DNA from: Octopus bimaculoides | Lineage: Eukaryota | Assembly: GCF_001194135.2 (NCBI RefSeq) | Contig: NC_068998.1 | Location: forward strand, 10,044,581 to 10,108,580 | Reading direction: 5' to 3' | DNA length: 64,000 bases | Part shown: in pieces, positions 62,394 to 64,000 of the stretch | How positions within the stretch are numbered: the stretch's first letter is position 1 | How the letters are laid out: the number at the start of each line of letters is the position of its first letter | Program-made: the position numbers and the translations under genes | Notes under the pieces: generated by a model | Database searches by the model: none | What the model was told of the DNA's origin: nothing | Seen by the model: only the letters and a program-made list of their open reading frames with translations

Positions 62394-64000
62394 GTGAGTT
62401 ATCTCACCCCGCCNNNNNNNNNNNNNNNNNNNNNNNNNNNNNNNNNNNNNNNNNNNNNNNNNNNNNNNNNNNNNNNNNNNNNNNNNNNNNNNNNNNNNNN
62501 NNNNNNNNNNNNNNNNNNNNNNNNNNNNNNNNNNNNNNNNNNNNNNNNNNNNNNNNNNNNNNNNNNNNNNNNNNNNNNNNNNNNNNNNNNNNNNNNNNNN
62601 NNNNNNNNNNNNNNNNNNNNNNNNNNNNNNNNNNNNNNNNNNNNNNNNNNNNNNNNNNNNNNNNNNNNNNNNNNNNNNNNNNNNNNNNNNNNNNNNNNNN
62701 NNNNNNNNNNNNNNNNNNNNNNNNNNNNNNNNNNNNNNNNNNNNNNNNNNNNNNNNNNNNNNNNNNNNNNNNNNNNNNNNNNNNNNNNNNNNNNNNNNNN
62801 NNNNNNNNNNNNNNNNNNNNNNNNNNNNNNNNNNNNNNNNNNNNNNNNNNNNNNNNNNNNNNNNNNNNNNNNNNNNNNNNNNNNNNNNNNNNNNNNNNNN
62901 NNNNNNNNNNNNNNNNNNNNNNNNNNNNNNNNNNNNNNNNNNNNNNNNNNNNNNNNNNNNNNNNNNNNNNNNNNNNNNNNNNNNNNNNNNNNNNNNNNNN
63001 NNNNNNNNNNNNNNNNNNNNNNNNNNNNNNNNNNNNNNNNNNNNNNNNNNNNNNNNNNNNNNNNNNNNNNNNNNNNNNNNNNNNNNNNNNNNNNNNNNNN
63101 NNNNNNNNNNNNNNNNNNNNNNNNNNNNNNNNNNNNNNNNNNNNNNNNNNNNNNNNNNNNNNNNNNNNNNNNNNNNNNNNNNNNNNNNNNNNNNNNNNNN
63201 NNNNNNTTTCGCACATACACACTCACAAAAGACTTGTGTTAAAGGATGAGACAGACGCGTCTTTGTGACAACACTGATAGCTTAGTTTATTAACAGAGAA
63301 TTTCTAATTCTGCTTTAATTATTTGTTCGTTTCGACTTCTGGGAAACAGCTTGAAATACAGCAACACTTTTGTTGTGTAGTTTCGTGGGGGGGGGGGCGT
63401 ACCTATATGGATATATGCGTGTGATGTGTGTCTGTATCTGTATGCGCACACATATAAGTAAGCTAATCTATAGATTGTTTTGCAAGAATATACGCTGTTG
63501 TGTTTGTTGTATTTCCCCAGTCAGGCTTCGTCGAAAAGCTCCATTTATGATCAACAGTGCCTCAACTGTGACCAATATATATTTGTTTTCCATTCATTAT
63601 AGCAAACTTACAAGTTCTGCGCGTAAAGCGAGTTTAGTTGTTATTCTAGTGTTATCTGTACAGATTGTGTACCAGCCTGTACTAATATGTAGTATATTGG
63701 AGAATATGTCATGACGTACTTTTTCTTAGTGTGTGTGTGTGTTTGTGTTTATATATGTATAATTGAGGCATTTTGATGCCAGAGCAATTTGGATACAGTC
63801 TTCAGGGTCCAATCAATTTTGTTGAAGGGTTGAATTGAATAACTACTTAAATCTACTTAAACAAAGCAAAAACATGTGTGTCAGAAAAATAAGGTTAACG
63901 CGGGTAATAGTCAACTGACTAATAATATCTGTTTAGTCACCAGACCAAAATTGTAGTTCAAAATGGCGTGACGTCTCCTAAACATGTCCATTACATTGGA

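Noticed and set aside
3181-63268. All long ORFs containing X runs, and CV/YI/HT-repeat ORFs
   Set aside because: They arise from N-gaps and dinucleotide microsatellites.
52088-63620. Other phase-2 continuation candidates (near 52088 WTAYEMK, 57573-57583 CFHD, 63521/63525)
   Set aside because: Each lacks either a good donor or independent support and cannot be ranked without transcripts.

Overview
AT-rich (about 35% GC by eye), repeat-dense eukaryotic scaffold with 13 N-gaps. The tRNA-derived SINE repertoire and microsatellite load suggest an octopod cephalopod genome (inference). No long ORF in the six-frame track is a real single-exon gene; nearly all come from microsatellites, SINEs or gaps. 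Most of the window is three recurrent tRNA-head SINE families, microsatellites, relics of RTE, R4/Dong-type and Penelope-like retroelements, a maT/Tc1-mariner and a hAT relic, and several MITE/foldback elements, four of which contain telomere-like TTAGGG arrays. Two spliced genes appear to be hidden in the repeats. (1) A plus-strand gene with a TATA/Inr/CCAAT/E-box promoter near 9.4-9.6 kb and a phase-compatible chain of very small exons (49 coding, 11, 27, 27 and 53 nt, from 10.9 to 41.2 kb). It reads MAEERIELIAEAPLSSRKDQQPVKRHFTVEDLQAELRKEDDEESVHDLSSQTIRD(W/C); I do not recognise the family. (2) A divergent minus-strand gene whose 65-nt exon at 4499-4435 encodes a signal peptide; it may continue into an amidated or a six-Cys small peptide. 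Also notable are hammerhead-ribozyme-like motifs in a dispersed repeat and a near-perfect 76-bp hairpin. All gene models were read by eye from splice signals and need transcript support.
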